Source of the DNA: an uncultured bacterium | GTDB taxonomy: Bacteria; Chloroflexota; UBA5177; JANWHV01 | NCBI GenBank assembly: GCA_963827235.1 | Contig: CAWHAE010000010.1 | Coordinates: 480,001-544,000 of the forward strand | DNA length: 64,000 nucleotides | Direction: 5' to 3' | In this document: piece after piece, positions 1-9,907 of the stretch | Position numbering within the stretch: the stretch's first letter is position 1 | Layout: every line of letters begins with the position of its first letter | Notes under the pieces: model-generated | Seen by the model: the letters and a program-made list of their open reading frames with translations, nothing else | Databases searched by the model: none | Told to the model about the DNA's origin: nothing | Made by a program: the position numbers and the translations under genes

Positions 1-1
1 C

Positions 2-199
2 ATCAAGGTCCGATCGCAGCAGATCAGCTTGGTGGACACGAACCTAGGCTCGGATGCGCTGCGGCTGGAGGTGGAATATCACCCTAATAGTGGACAAACG
101 CGAAGTTTTGCACCACGACTAGTGGTGATGCATAATTACGTTGGTTACCGTGTCGTAGGTTCAGCGCTCGAGGTAGCCAGGATCTCGGTATCCTACTAG
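2..199 (+). CDS. 3' end of a CDS entering from outside the window (unknown product)
   Basis: Frame is open from base 2 (IKVRSQQISLVDTNLG...RISVSY) to TAG at 197-199, ending 6 nt before the next ATG. Confidence 0.5.
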   Translation: MKVRSQQISLVDTNLGSDALRLEVEYHPNSGQTRSFAPRLVVMHNYVGYRVVGSALEVARISVSY

Positions 200-205
200 C
201 TCGCC

Positions 206-1789
206 ATGTCAGCTGAGATGTTGAGGGGGCACGGCTCTATGAGGGGTGATGAAGGTGCGCCGTCACTGCTCTCTTCGTCACCCGCCGTATCGCTGAGGAA
301 TGCGTGGAGCAAGCTCGCCGGACTGCGTTTTGGCGGCCCGGAGCTTGGCGGCCGATTCGCCTTGGTGGTATTTGCGCTCGCCGCCATGGCCATCACGCGG
401 ACCGTGTCGTTCGCGGATACCATGGCCAGCGACAGTGACCTGCCTTCGTTCGGACCCATGCTCTGGCTATTCCACCGGGTCGACGGCATGTTTTTGCCCT
501 TCGGCAACAAGCTGCCGAATCTCAACACGGTGCAGCAGGTACAGTTCGTCTGCCTGGTGATCTCGCTGGCTCTCTTCATCCTCGTCGTGCGCAGGTCGCT
601 GCCATCGCTGGTCAGGCGGCACTATCGCCCCATGGTGTACGCCGCAATCGTATTGGCCGTTTTACTGTCGCTGCTCAATCTGCAAGGGTTGTTGCCGTTC
701 ACCAAGGTAGTAGGCTCGAGCCACTACGGCAACGACGCCATCACGGTGACCGACTGCGCCAAGAACAGCATGCTCAACGGCCACAACGCGTACTCCAGTT
801 TCAACGTGACAGGGTGCCTTAACTCGCATGGGGAAGACGGCACCAAGACGACGCCCCTGAAGCTGGGAGAGTTCTCCCGGTTCAACGTATACCCGACCAA
901 ACAGGATCTGGTCAGGACCTTCAACCGTTACCTGGCGGCGGGTGTGCAGCATCCGCCGGAGTTCGAGTCGGAATACAGCTATCCCGCCGTATCCTTCCTG
1001 TTTCCGGCCTTGGTTGCCCCTCTCCACCTTGACGACCTGAGCCTGCTCTACTTGCTCGTGTACGCGGCAATGGCAGTGCTGATCGTACGATTGACGCCGC
1101 GCGGCACCCCGCGCCGTCTGGTCTTGCTTGCCGTGTGTGCCAACGCGGCCCTTGGCCCGACCCTTGTGTCGGGGTCGACCGACGCGGTGTATACGCTGCT
1201 GGTCTTGGTGGCGTGGATCGCCAAGGACAAGCGATGGCTTTCGGCCGGCGCGATGGGTCTTGCCGCGGCCTCGCGGCAGCAGGCATGGTTCTTCCTCTTG
1301 TTCTACGCGGTGTTGGCGTGGCGCACGGAAGGTCGGAAGGAGGCGGTCCGCAGAATGGCCATCGTGGCGGGCATCTTCCTGCTGACGAACCTACCCTTCT
1401 TCCTTGCCTCGCCAAGCGAGTGGATGTCCGGTGTGCTCGGACCACTCCGCGATCCCATGTTTCCTCGCGGCAGCGGCATTGTCTCGCTGAGCACCGGGGG
1501 AGCCGGCGCGTTGCCGCTGGCGCCCAAGCTGTTCTACAACGTGCTTGAGTTTGCCTCCCTGGCCGGCCTGCTGGCGTTCTACTGGCGCGTGTGCCGGGCT
1601 AACCCGTGGATTGGGCTCGTGCTTGCGCCTTTGCCGCTCTTCTTTGCGTGGCGGAGCCTGTACAGCTACTTCCTGCCGATCACGTTGCTGGCGCTGTATC
1701 CTGCCTTCGCGGTGTTCGGCCGTCCGGGAGATGCGGCCAAAGTGGTGCCTGAGAGGCGAGAGGATGCCCCGGCCGACGCAGCGGCGTAG
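206..1789 (+). CDS. Polytopic membrane protein, GT-C fold glycosyltransferase-like (GT87/DUF2029-like)
   Basis: 527 aa with many TM segments; extracytoplasmic loop YGNDA...GHNAY...YSYPAVSFLF and GLAAASRQQAWF are typical of GT-C enzymes. Confidence 0.6.
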   Translation: MSAEMLRGHGSMRGDEGAPSLLSSSPAVSLRNAWSKLAGLRFGGPELGGRFALVVFALAAMAITRTVSFADTMASDSDLPSFGPMLWLFHRVDGMFLPFGNKLPNLNTVQQVQFVCLVISLALFILVVRRSLPSLVRRHYRPMVYAAIVLAVLLSLLNLQGLLPFTKVVGSSHYGNDAITVTDCAKNSMLNGHNAYSSFNVTGCLNSHGEDGTKTTPLKLGEFSRFNVYPTKQDLVRTFNRYLAAGVQHPPEFESEYSYPAVSFLFPALVAPLHLDDLSLLYLLVYAAMAVLIVRLTPRGTPRRLVLLAVCANAALGPTLVSGSTDAVYTLLVLVAWIAKDKRWLSAGAMGLAAASRQQAWFFLLFYAVLAWRTEGRKEAVRRMAIVAGIFLLTNLPFFLASPSEWMSGVLGPLRDPMFPRGSGIVSLSTGGAGALPLAPKLFYNVLEFASLAGLLAFYWRVCRANPWIGLVLAPLPLFFAWRSLYSYFLPITLLALYPAFAVFGRPGDAAKVVPERREDAPADAAA

Positions 1790-1791
1790 AG

Positions 1792-3438
1792 TCAGGCCAG
1801 CACCCAGTTGAACACGTTCCAGGTGATTCCTGGCGCAAATGGGTTGGCGCGGTATCCTTGAAGGCTGTCGACAGTGATAGTCAGGTGCGCCGTCCAGTAG
1901 AGGAAGACGTCGGGCTGGTCGTTGACCAGCAGCCGCTGGATATGCTGGTAGATTGCGATCCGGCGCTGTTCGTCCGTGGTGATCAGCGCTTGGCCGCTGA
2001 GCCTGTTCACGACGGCGTCGCTGTAGCCGTCGAAGTTGCCTCCGGTCAGGTGTCCCGGCCTCACGATCATCGAGGTAGCCCAGTAGTACGTGTCGTCGGG
2101 CTCCGCGGACACCGCCCACGTGTAGAGTACGGCGCTGAGCTGCTGCGAATAGAGTCGATCAGCGTTGTAGAGTGGACCGTGCAGCCCGAACAGCTTGTGC
2201 TGATCGACGGCCTTCACGGTGGTGCGGATCCCGGCCGAAGTCCAGCTCGAAGCGACCGTCCCGGCCACGGCCAGGCAATCGGCACATCCGGAGTCCGTCC
2301 AGAGGGTGATGGCCAGGTCGCGGCCGAACTTGCGCCAGTTGCTGTGCACCAGGGTATAGCCTCGCTTCTCGAGCAAGCCTGGAACGTCGCCGGGTGCGTA
2401 GGGGAGGGTGCCGGCGATCGAGGGATCGTAGTAGATCGAGGTCGGCGGCTGATCGGCATCGGCCGGCGCGGCAAGCCCGCCGAAAAGCGTGCTCACGATG
2501 CGCTGCCTGGGCGTGGCCAGCGTCAAGGCCTGGCGGACCTCATGATCGCGCAGAAAGCCGCTCTCGATCAGGTCGATGTGCGTCCAGCCCGAGCCGGGGG
2601 CCGCGAAGGCACTGTAGCGTCCGCTCTGCAGGGCCGGGATCACCTGCTGCGGCGTCAGGCTGGACGAGGGACCGATCATGTCGATGGCACCCGACTGCAG
2701 TGCCGCCAGCTCGGCCTTACTGCTGCCTTCGCGCTTGAAGACGATCTGCGCGATCCTGGGCGTGCCCCGTGCAAATGACGAACTGGCGGTCAACGTGATG
2801 TGATCGCCGGGCGTCACGTCCGTCACGGCATATGGCCCGCTGCCGATCGGCCTCAGGTTGAACGCCTGGTAGCCTGCCAGGTCCTTGTCTGCGATCGGGC
2901 TCAGAACGTGAGCCGGCAGAATCGGCGTGGTGGCAAAGGCTCTCAGGAACGGTGCATACACCTGCCGCAGCGTGGCGATCACCGTCAATGGACCGTCGGA
3001 GCGCAGCGAGGTAATGTAGCCGAAGGCGTATCTCGAGACGGCGGGAAACTGCGGATCGCGCACGAGCTTGGCTGTGTACAGCACGTCCGAGGCGGTGACG
3101 GGAACGCCGTCCTGCCAGCGTGCCCTGCCGTTCAGGGCGAATGTGTAGGTGCGCCCGTCGGCGGCCAGGCTGTATCCCGTGGCGAGATCGGGTACCAGAG
3201 CGTCGTGAGTATCTGCGCTCAGCAGACTGTCGAAGACGGCGTCAGTCACGTCGCGTGTCGCAAGCGAGCTATCGAGCAGCGGGTTGAGCACGGCAGGTAG
3301 CGCTAGCTCGCCAATGGTGACGGCTCCAACCGGGGCCACCCTCACGGGCAGCGCCCGCGACGGAATGCCGGTTGCCAGGACCATGGAAAGCGCGAGGAGC
3401 GCGGCAGCTATCCAGCGATGGCACGTGTTAACAGTCAT
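1792..3438 (-). CDS. Peptide/nickel ABC transporter substrate-binding protein (SBP family 5)
   Basis: Motifs LNPLL, VPDLA, YTFAL..ARWQDGVPVTASDV, PIGSGPY, VRQAL; a signal peptide follows the ATG at 3438. Confidence 0.9.
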   Translation of the reverse strand: MTVNTCHRWIAAALLALSMVLATGIPSRALPVRVAPVGAVTIGELALPAVLNPLLDSSLATRDVTDAVFDSLLSADTHDALVPDLATGYSLAADGRTYTFALNGRARWQDGVPVTASDVLYTAKLVRDPQFPAVSRYAFGYITSLRSDGPLTVIATLRQVYAPFLRAFATTPILPAHVLSPIADKDLAGYQAFNLRPIGSGPYAVTDVTPGDHITLTASSSFARGTPRIAQIVFKREGSSKAELAALQSGAIDMIGPSSSLTPQQVIPALQSGRYSAFAAPGSGWTHIDLIESGFLRDHEVRQALTLATPRQRIVSTLFGGLAAPADADQPPTSIYYDPSIAGTLPYAPGDVPGLLEKRGYTLVHSNWRKFGRDLAITLWTDSGCADCLAVAGTVASSWTSAGIRTTVKAVDQHKLFGLHGPLYNADRLYSQQLSAVLYTWAVSAEPDDTYYWATSMIVRPGHLTGGNFDGYSDAVVNRLSGQALITTDEQRRIAIYQHIQRLLVNDQPDVFLYWTAHLTITVDSLQGYRANPFAPGITWNVFNWVLA

Positions 3439-3956
3439 GGCAACATCCCGGAACAACGAGCAGCATCCGCAAACAGCGCTTGCGGCAGGCCGGCACTTCA
3501 GCTCCAGTTGGCCGGTGCCGGGCACGGCACGGGCACGCCGAAATATGGTAGCACGGGCCCGCTGCTCCAGACGACCGCCTCGGTGGAGATTGCCTACTTC
3601 TCCCGGATGAAGGCATGCACTCCGCGTGGCGAGCTGCACGTTTCTTCATGGCCTCGTCTACGAGTGTGCGGCACGTCGTAGAGGCCTGGCGCCCGCCCGA
3701 AAGCGGCGCTATAGGTCGTCAGCTAATGACTCCGAGTTTCGGACTGGTCGCACCGGAGTAGAGTTTCCTACAGGTGTGGGATTGTTTACCTGACGAGCTA
3801 TAGCTTGGCCTGCCGATGCTCTGGTGGTCACCCCAACGTGGAGCCCGCAGGGGCGGAGTGAAATCCGCGCTGGGCGGGCAATGAGCCTCCCGACGATGAA
3901 TCAGAGGGGCGTCGTATGCGCACGCCGCCAGTGCGGCTCTCGGCGCGGGCTTGCCT

Positions 3957-4970
3957 TCAGGCTGCTCGGTGCGACTGCGGAAGAAAACTGTCGGTGTAGG
4001 CGTCACTGAGATGCACGTCGCGTACATTCAAGCCGGCGCCGTCCATCTGCTGCTGGAGCGCGACCCAGCGCTGGGGATTGAACCAGCCGACGCCTTGCGT
4101 TCTGGCGTCGCCACCGTCTACCAGGCCGTAGCGCTGCATCTGGCTGAAGCTGAACTGCTGCTCGTCGGGCGTTTCGGGGTAGCTCTTCACGCCCGGCGCG
4201 GAGCGCAGGTAGGTAAGCGTGGGACCCGGATTCTTGAGGTATGAGTTCCATCCCTGGACGCTTGCTTTCACAAAAGCGCGAACGACGTCTGGGTGGCTCT
4301 GAGCGAAGGCCTGCGTGGTGTAGATGAGGTCGGCGTACGGGTTGAAGCCGGACTCCGAGACAAGCGCGTACTTCACCTTGAGGCCCTGTTTCTCATACAG
4401 GTAGGGCTCTGAAGTGACGTAGCACTGGTGCACGGCCTTGGGGTCCGCAGCAAAGCCTCGCGAGCTGAAATCGTTGGCTTTGGTGGTGAAGTTCGTGTAG
4501 TGATACTTGGCCACGAGGTACTTCTCGAACGGCACGCCAAACGAGTAGATTAGCGTGTGATTGCTCAGGTCGGCTATCCCGTGGATAGAGCTATCTTCCG
4601 CATGCCAGAGAACGCCGAGCGGATTCGTCTGGAACGTGTTCATGATGGCGACCAGATGCGCTCCTCGTTCGTCGTACTGTAGCAGCTCGTCGGCATCGCC
4701 CATGCCGAAGGTCGCCTGCCCCGACAACACGTATGACTCCACGGTGACTACTCGCCTGAACGGCGCGACAGCAGATGAGATACCCGCCTTTGCGTAAAGG
4801 TCGAGCCGCTGCGCCTCGTAGAATCCGCCTTCCTCCGGCTCGGGGAACCAGTTCATCATCAGGTTGTAGGACGGGGCGGCGGCACGCGCTGCGCGAGGCT
4901 GCAGGCCCGGCGCGGCGGACGCGAGGCAGAGCGTAACGACGAGTAGGGAGAAGAGGTGGCGCGTGATCAT
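3957..4970 (-). CDS. NMT1/THI5-like ABC transporter substrate-binding protein
   Basis: NWFPEPEEGGFY, FQTNP, CYVTSEPY, GFNPY, VRAFVKASVQGW; signal peptide; AAGGAAG RBS before ATG 4970. Confidence 0.85.
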   Translation of the reverse strand: MITRHLFSLLVVTLCLASAAPGLQPRAARAAAPSYNLMMNWFPEPEEGGFYEAQRLDLYAKAGISSAVAPFRRVVTVESYVLSGQATFGMGDADELLQYDERGAHLVAIMNTFQTNPLGVLWHAEDSSIHGIADLSNHTLIYSFGVPFEKYLVAKYHYTNFTTKANDFSSRGFAADPKAVHQCYVTSEPYLYEKQGLKVKYALVSESGFNPYADLIYTTQAFAQSHPDVVRAFVKASVQGWNSYLKNPGPTLTYLRSAPGVKSYPETPDEQQFSFSQMQRYGLVDGGDARTQGVGWFNPQRWVALQQQMDGAGLNVRDVHLSDAYTDSFLPQSHRAA

Positions 4971-5142
4971 GTGCCGATATCTTCCTTTCACAGCCAATGG
5001 TCGTCTCAAAGGGTCTCGACTGCAGCCCGGTGGGAAGCAGGGGCTTCATACCAGGGGCTTGGCCCAGCATCCATGTCCGTGACCTCGAACCCGGGGCGCG
5101 CGACGCTGCGGGCCGGTACGCGCGGTTCTCGATCTCATTGTC

Positions 5143-6033
5143 TCAGTTTTCGACGGCAAGTGCCGACTCGTGCCAGTGTCTCAGGGCGAGCGTGCTGATC
5201 GCCGACACGACGGCGAAGACGGCAATACCCAGCAATCCCGAGGCAACGGCGGCCGCGCCAAGCAGGTCCCAAAGGCCCTGCGGCGCCGCGAAGGCGATCT
5301 CATAGCCGAGCCCGCCGCCGGCCGGGTCGCCCGCTCCAAGCAGCATCTCGGCGACCGTGGCTCCCACGATGGCCAGCCCGCTGGACACGCGAATGCCGGT
5401 CAGGATGTTGGGCAATGCGAACGGGACACGCAGGTACAGGAGCTGCTGCACTCGTGAGGCGTTGTACATCTGGAACAGGCTCACGAATCTGGAGTCGACC
5501 GAGGTAAGGCCCAGCGTAGCGTTAGCGATGATCGGGAACACGGCGATGATGAAAGACACGACGATGATCGGCGGGTGGTCTCCCGGCAGCAAGAAGCCAA
5601 TGATCGGCGCCACGGCGTAGATCGGTATCGTCTGGGCCAGGGTCGCATAGGGAAAGATAGCACGCTCGAGAAGGCGGGACTGCGACATCAGCATTGCCGT
5701 CAGGACGCCGAACACGATCGCCAGGGCGAAGCCCGCCATGGCGTCGCGGAAGGTCGACCAGGCAGCGGTCAGCAAGTCCGGCCAATAGTTGCGAAATCCG
5801 TTGACGATGTCGCCCGGAGACGGTGCGGACCAGCGCGAGATGCCCGAGATTCGCAGCCAGGCGATCCAGACGAGAATCAGCACGCCGAATGCTATCGCGG
5901 GCGGGATCAGGTTGTTCAGCACGAAGCGCCGCCACGTCCGGCCCTGCGACCGCACTGTCGCCCTGGCCGGATTGGCGGCTGCCGCTGCCTTCGGCGCCTC
6001 GCGGCCGCCAGCGAGCTGATCGGCGCGCATCAA
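5143..6033 (-). CDS. ABC transporter permease (TauC/SsuC type)
   Basis: QTIPIYAVAP, FPIIANATLGL, LRVPFALPNILTGIRVSSGLAIVGATVAE. Confidence 0.9.
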   Translation of the reverse strand: MMRADQLAGGREAPKAAAAANPARATVRSQGRTWRRFVLNNLIPPAIAFGVLILVWIAWLRISGISRWSAPSPGDIVNGFRNYWPDLLTAAWSTFRDAMAGFALAIVFGVLTAMLMSQSRLLERAIFPYATLAQTIPIYAVAPIIGFLLPGDHPPIIVVSFIIAVFPIIANATLGLTSVDSRFVSLFQMYNASRVQQLLYLRVPFALPNILTGIRVSSGLAIVGATVAEMLLGAGDPAGGGLGYEIAFAAPQGLWDLLGAAAVASGLLGIAVFAVVSAISTLALRHWHESALAVEN

Positions 6034-6839
6034 TCGTTCTCCTGCAAGGCCGCAAGCACGTTGCCGGCGATCAGATTGAACTCAGGGTTCGTTCGCATGG
6101 CGGGCAGCCGGGGATGTGGCAGAGCAACCGGCAGGTCGGCGACGATGCTGCCCGGCCGTGGGCTCATTACCAGCACTCGGCTCGACAGAAAGACCGCCTC
6201 GAACACGTTGTGGGTGACGAAGAGCACAGTCCATCCGGCGAACGCGGCGACGCGCAGCAGCTCAACGTTCAGCCTGCCGCGCGTCAGCTCGTCGAGCGCG
6301 CCAAAGGGCTCATCCATGAGCAGCAGGCAAGGTTCGGTCACCAGTGCCCTGGCAATAGACACACGCATGCGCATGCCGCCGGAGAGCTGGTGAGGGTAGG
6401 ATCGCGCCACGTCGGCCAGACCGACAGTTTTCAGGGCCTCCATGGCGCGCTCCGTTCGCTCGGCTCGGGATCGTCCCGCGAGCTGGAGCGGCATCTCGAC
6501 GTTTCTGAGCACAGTTCGCCAGGGCAGCAGAGTGGCATCCTGAAACACGAATGCCATGTCGCCGCGCTCTAGCCGCGCCCGCTCCGGAGGCATGCCGGCT
6601 ACGGTGAGAGTTCCGCTCGAGATCGAGCTCAGGCCGGCCACGAGGCGCAGCAGAGTCGACTTGCCGCATCCAGATGGCCCCACCAGGGTGACAAACTCGC
6701 CGCGGCGCACGGAGAGGGTGGTGCCGGAAAGAGCGGCGGTACCGTCGGCATACGTCTTGCCCACGCCGTCCGCGCGCACGAGCTCACCGCCGTCAGCCGT
6801 CTGCTCGGCGGTCTGCTCCCCTCGCATACGATCGATCAC
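6030..6839 (-). CDS. ABC transporter ATP-binding protein (TauB/SsuB type)
   Basis: Walker [15 protein letters not shown] signature, LLLMDEPFGALD; the start is uncertain (GTG 6839 or ATG 6827). Confidence 0.92.
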   Translation of the reverse strand: MIDRMRGEQTAEQTADGGELVRADGVGKTYADGTAALSGTTLSVRRGEFVTLVGPSGCGKSTLLRLVAGLSSISSGTLTVAGMPPERARLERGDMAFVFQDATLLPWRTVLRNVEMPLQLAGRSRAERTERAMEALKTVGLADVARSYPHQLSGGMRMRVSIARALVTEPCLLLMDEPFGALDELTRGRLNVELLRVAAFAGWTVLFVTHNVFEAVFLSSRVLVMSPRPGSIVADLPVALPHPRLPAMRTNPEFNLIAGNVLAALQEND

Positions 6840-7149
6840 CGGCACTCCCACGGCACCACTTGCATGCCGACAGATAGCGCGCACCAACGGCACTTTGGCG
6901 CTCACCGGTGCACGTCAACGAGCCGGTGTGTGCTTGAGGGCGCGGCCTCACGCAGGCCGGCCGGATGTGCGACGCCAACCACACTGCCGGACACGATCAC
7001 TACGGTCTCGCCGTCCGATGCCGACCACGTGCACATCCGGCCGGCTACCGCCGGTAACGGTCTGTAAAGGCGGCATCGGTCAGCACGTGCTGCCGGCATC
7101 TGCCTGCTACGATAAGTATACGGGACGGCTCACCAGAGGCCGCGACGGC

Positions 7150-8427
7150 TCAGGCCAGCGGACGCAGCGGCGCGAGGATGGCCTCGCCGATCTTGGCGTA
7201 CCACGGCCGGCGCTTCCAAGTCGCCAGGTCGACCGCCTTCGAGTTCGAGCGGTCGATCTCGAAGAGCTGCTCCATCTGGGTGGCGAACGCCTCGTCGTAG
7301 ACCTCCACGTTGATTTCGTAGTTGCCAACCTGGCTGAGCCGGTCCAGGTTCGCCGTGCCGACGGTCGACCACGTGCCGTCCACCGTCATCGTCTTGGCGT
7401 GGTTCATGGCGTCCTGGTAGGCATAGATGTGCACGCCGGCCTGCATCAGCGAGCTGAAGAAGCCTCGTGCCATCCAGTCCGCGGAGACGTGGTTGGACGT
7501 CCATGGCACCAGCACCTGGACGTCGACCCCTCTTCTTGCCGCGTTGGTCAGGGCCATGCGAACGAGACGTCCCGGTATGAAGTAGGCCGTCGTGATCCAG
7601 GCGCTGTGCTCCGCACGCTCGATGGCATCGACATACATGTCTCGAATCGGGAACAGCAGGCGACGGACGTCGTTCGTCCGGTAATGCACACGCGGCTGTG
7701 CTCCTCGCCGCAGTGTCCACGGAATGCGCTCACCGGCCTTCGCCTGCCGGTTCCAGAAATCGATGAACTCCTGGCCGAGGCGGGCAGCCAGCGGGCCGCG
7801 CACCCGAAGGTGAGTGTCGCGCCATTGGGTGCGATACAGCTCGCCGATGTTGTAGCCGCCGACGAAAGCAATGTTGCCGTCTACCACGAGAAGCTTGCGG
7901 TGGTCCCTGGCGTAGTTTCGCGGATCGAGCCAGAGCCACGGCCGGTTGGGAAGTCGGAAGCGCAATGCATGGAGCTCAGGCGGAAAGCGCTTGAACGAGC
8001 GTGGGACGATCACATTCGCGGGACCGTCGAACATGACGTGCACCTCGACGCCGGCCGCGGCCCTGGCCTCGAGGCACTCCCGGAACCGGCGGCCAAGGGC
8101 GTCGCCCTTCCAGATGTATGTCTCGAGCAGGATAGACGTCGTGGCGGAGGAGATGGCATCCAGCATATCCTGGAATACATGGTCGCCGAAGCAATAGAGC
8201 TGCAGGTGGTTACCGTCCACCTCGAGCTCCTCAAACCGCAGCCTGGGAAAGCCCTTCACCGGCCTGCGGCGCTTGCGCAGCTCGGAGATGGCGGAAAGAA
8301 CGGCGACGGTGACGAACTGGAGCGCAAACATGCCGCCCAGGAAGCGAAGGAGAATCCGTCGCCACGATCGGTATGCCCTTGCAGGCAGCATTCCGGAGCT
8401 ATGCAGTATCTGAGCCGCTCTCTCCAT
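7150..8427 (-). CDS. Phospholipase D family / cardiolipin synthase-like protein
   Basis: Two HKD motifs: RDHRKLLVVDG..AFVGGYN and NHAKTMTVDG..STVGTANLD. Confidence 0.9.
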   Translation of the reverse strand: MERAAQILHSSGMLPARAYRSWRRILLRFLGGMFALQFVTVAVLSAISELRKRRRPVKGFPRLRFEELEVDGNHLQLYCFGDHVFQDMLDAISSATTSILLETYIWKGDALGRRFRECLEARAAAGVEVHVMFDGPANVIVPRSFKRFPPELHALRFRLPNRPWLWLDPRNYARDHRKLLVVDGNIAFVGGYNIGELYRTQWRDTHLRVRGPLAARLGQEFIDFWNRQAKAGERIPWTLRRGAQPRVHYRTNDVRRLLFPIRDMYVDAIERAEHSAWITTAYFIPGRLVRMALTNAARRGVDVQVLVPWTSNHVSADWMARGFFSSLMQAGVHIYAYQDAMNHAKTMTVDGTWSTVGTANLDRLSQVGNYEINVEVYDEAFATQMEQLFEIDRSNSKAVDLATWKRRPWYAKIGEAILAPLRPLA

Positions 8428-9088
8428 ACGTCAACGATTGTACACACGGGTCCGGCAAGGCACTGCCTGGTGAATTGAGCCGGGCAAGATACGCCAGCGC
8501 GAAGCGCACGACGTGCCGGTGGTACTTCGCCATGGGCACGAAATCGCCGGCCGTGAGGTCGATTGGTGCAGCGCTCGTACCGCCTGCCGGCAGCCAGGTT
8601 CCCTTGATAACCGGCCTTGCTCCACTCAGCAGGTCGTCGAACGCGGAGAGATCGATCTCGGCTAGGCCCATGACCTCGGCAGGCTCCGGCGAGAACGATC
8701 CCAGCTCGCGTTCCAGCGGCCAGAGATAGACATCCAGCAGCTCGCGGTCGACGATACCGGGCGCAGGTCGATCATCGTCAGCCCACGTGCAGACAGGCAC
8801 GAGATCGGCGGCCGAAGCCTCGACGCCAATCTCCTCGCGCGCCTCCCTCAGCACCTGCTCCAGCCGCTCGCCGGCCGCGTAGTGCCCGCTTACGCTCGCC
8901 GTGAAGGCACCGGGGTAGGTGTCCTTGGACGGGCTGCGCCGCTGCACGACGACCGTGCCGCGCGCGCGCACGATCCAGAGGGCGACGCTACGATGCCAGT
9001 CACCGTCTCTATGAACCTGGTCGCGCGCCTTGGTCGTGCCTAGCGGGTGCCCGTCGCCGTCGTAGAGGTCGAAATACTCAGCGGTCAT
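8399..9088 (-). CDS. Nudix hydrolase (IPP isomerase-like subfamily)
   Basis: VHRDGDWHRSV, QRRSPSKDTYPG, SGHYAAGE..LREAREEIGV Nudix box. Confidence 0.85.
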   Translation of the reverse strand: MTAEYFDLYDGDGHPLGTTKARDQVHRDGDWHRSVALWIVRARGTVVVQRRSPSKDTYPGAFTASVSGHYAAGERLEQVLREAREEIGVEASAADLVPVCTWADDDRPAPGIVDRELLDVYLWPLERELGSFSPEPAEVMGLAEIDLSAFDDLLSGARPVIKGTWLPAGGTSAAPIDLTAGDFVPMAKYHRHVVRFALAYLARLNSPGSALPDPCVQSLTYGESGSDTA

Positions 9089-9893
9089 TCAAGGTCAGCA
9101 CCATCTGGGGCGTGCTGATCTGGTGATCGGCAGATGTCGAGGCAATCGCCGTGCCCACCGAGTAGAACTCGATCACGTGCGAGCCCCAACCGTGGCTGCG
9201 CTCGTGAATCTGCGTGCCGACAATACCCTCGGCCTGCACCTGCGTCGCTTCCGCCTGCATGCGCTCCATTGCCAGCTCGCGCGCGTCGTAGAGCGCCTGC
9301 GTGAAGTTAACCATCTCAACATTCTGCCCGGCAGTCTTGAAGAAGCCGCGAAGCGTCTGGTGCGCCACGTGGTAGACGCAGTTGCCCATCACCAGTGCCA
9401 AGGGCCTGTAGCCCGACCGCAGCAGCGTCCAGAAGTCCTGACCACTCAGGTCGCTGGTAAACGGCTTGCCGTCAGGCGAGCGATGGTTCTTCCCGTCACG
9501 GCTGCGCACCGCGGTGCCGACGGCGAGGAATTCTGCCAGCGATTCGCCCCACTCGTAACGCCCCACTTCCAGACGCACGCCCACGACGCCGTCGGCGGCG
9601 AGGGCGTCCGCTTCTTCCTCCATGCGGGAGATGGCGAGCTCGCGTGCGTGGTACATCGCCTGGGTCAGCACCACAAGCTCCTGGTTCTGATTGTAGGAGG
9701 ACTGCTGGTAGCCGATGTGGTAGATGCTCGAGCCGACGACCAGCCCGACAGGATCGAAGCCCGCTTCCTTGACCAACAGGAATTCGTTGACCGTGAGGTC
9801 ACTCGTGAACATCGCGCGTTGTCCGCCGCGGCCGGACATCTTGGCCAAGCGCTCGCGAGCCGCTTCCGGCAGGTCACTCATAGGCGTGCTCAT
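9078..9893 (-). CDS. Tandem YbjQ/UPF0145 (heavy-metal-binding-like) domain protein
   Basis: Two internal repeats: FTSDLTVNEF..GLVVGSSIYH..ARELAISRM..ADGVVGV and FTSDLSGQDF..GNCVYH..ARELAMERM..AEGIVG; GAGGAG RBS. Confidence 0.85.
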   Translation of the reverse strand: MSTPMSDLPEAARERLAKMSGRGGQRAMFTSDLTVNEFLLVKEAGFDPVGLVVGSSIYHIGYQQSSYNQNQELVVLTQAMYHARELAISRMEEEADALAADGVVGVRLEVGRYEWGESLAEFLAVGTAVRSRDGKNHRSPDGKPFTSDLSGQDFWTLLRSGYRPLALVMGNCVYHVAHQTLRGFFKTAGQNVEMVNFTQALYDARELAMERMQAEATQVQAEGIVGTQIHERSHGWGSHVIEFYSVGTAIASTSADHQISTPQMVLTLNDR

Positions 9894-9907
9894 TGCGTCG
9901 ACTCTCC

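Noticed and set aside
3720-3734. GCTAATGACTCC resembles the 3' end of a fluoride riboswitch
   Set aside because: The required upstream GGNGATGGAGTTC segment is absent and there is no + strand gene downstream.
3714-3800. CTGACGA and GAAAC motifs suggesting a hammerhead ribozyme
   Set aside because: Stems I and II cannot be formed with valid geometry on either strand.
3849-3870. AGGGCGGAGTGAAAT resembles the start of an FMN riboswitch
   Set aside because: The remaining FMN elements are missing and it is antisense to the adjacent genes.
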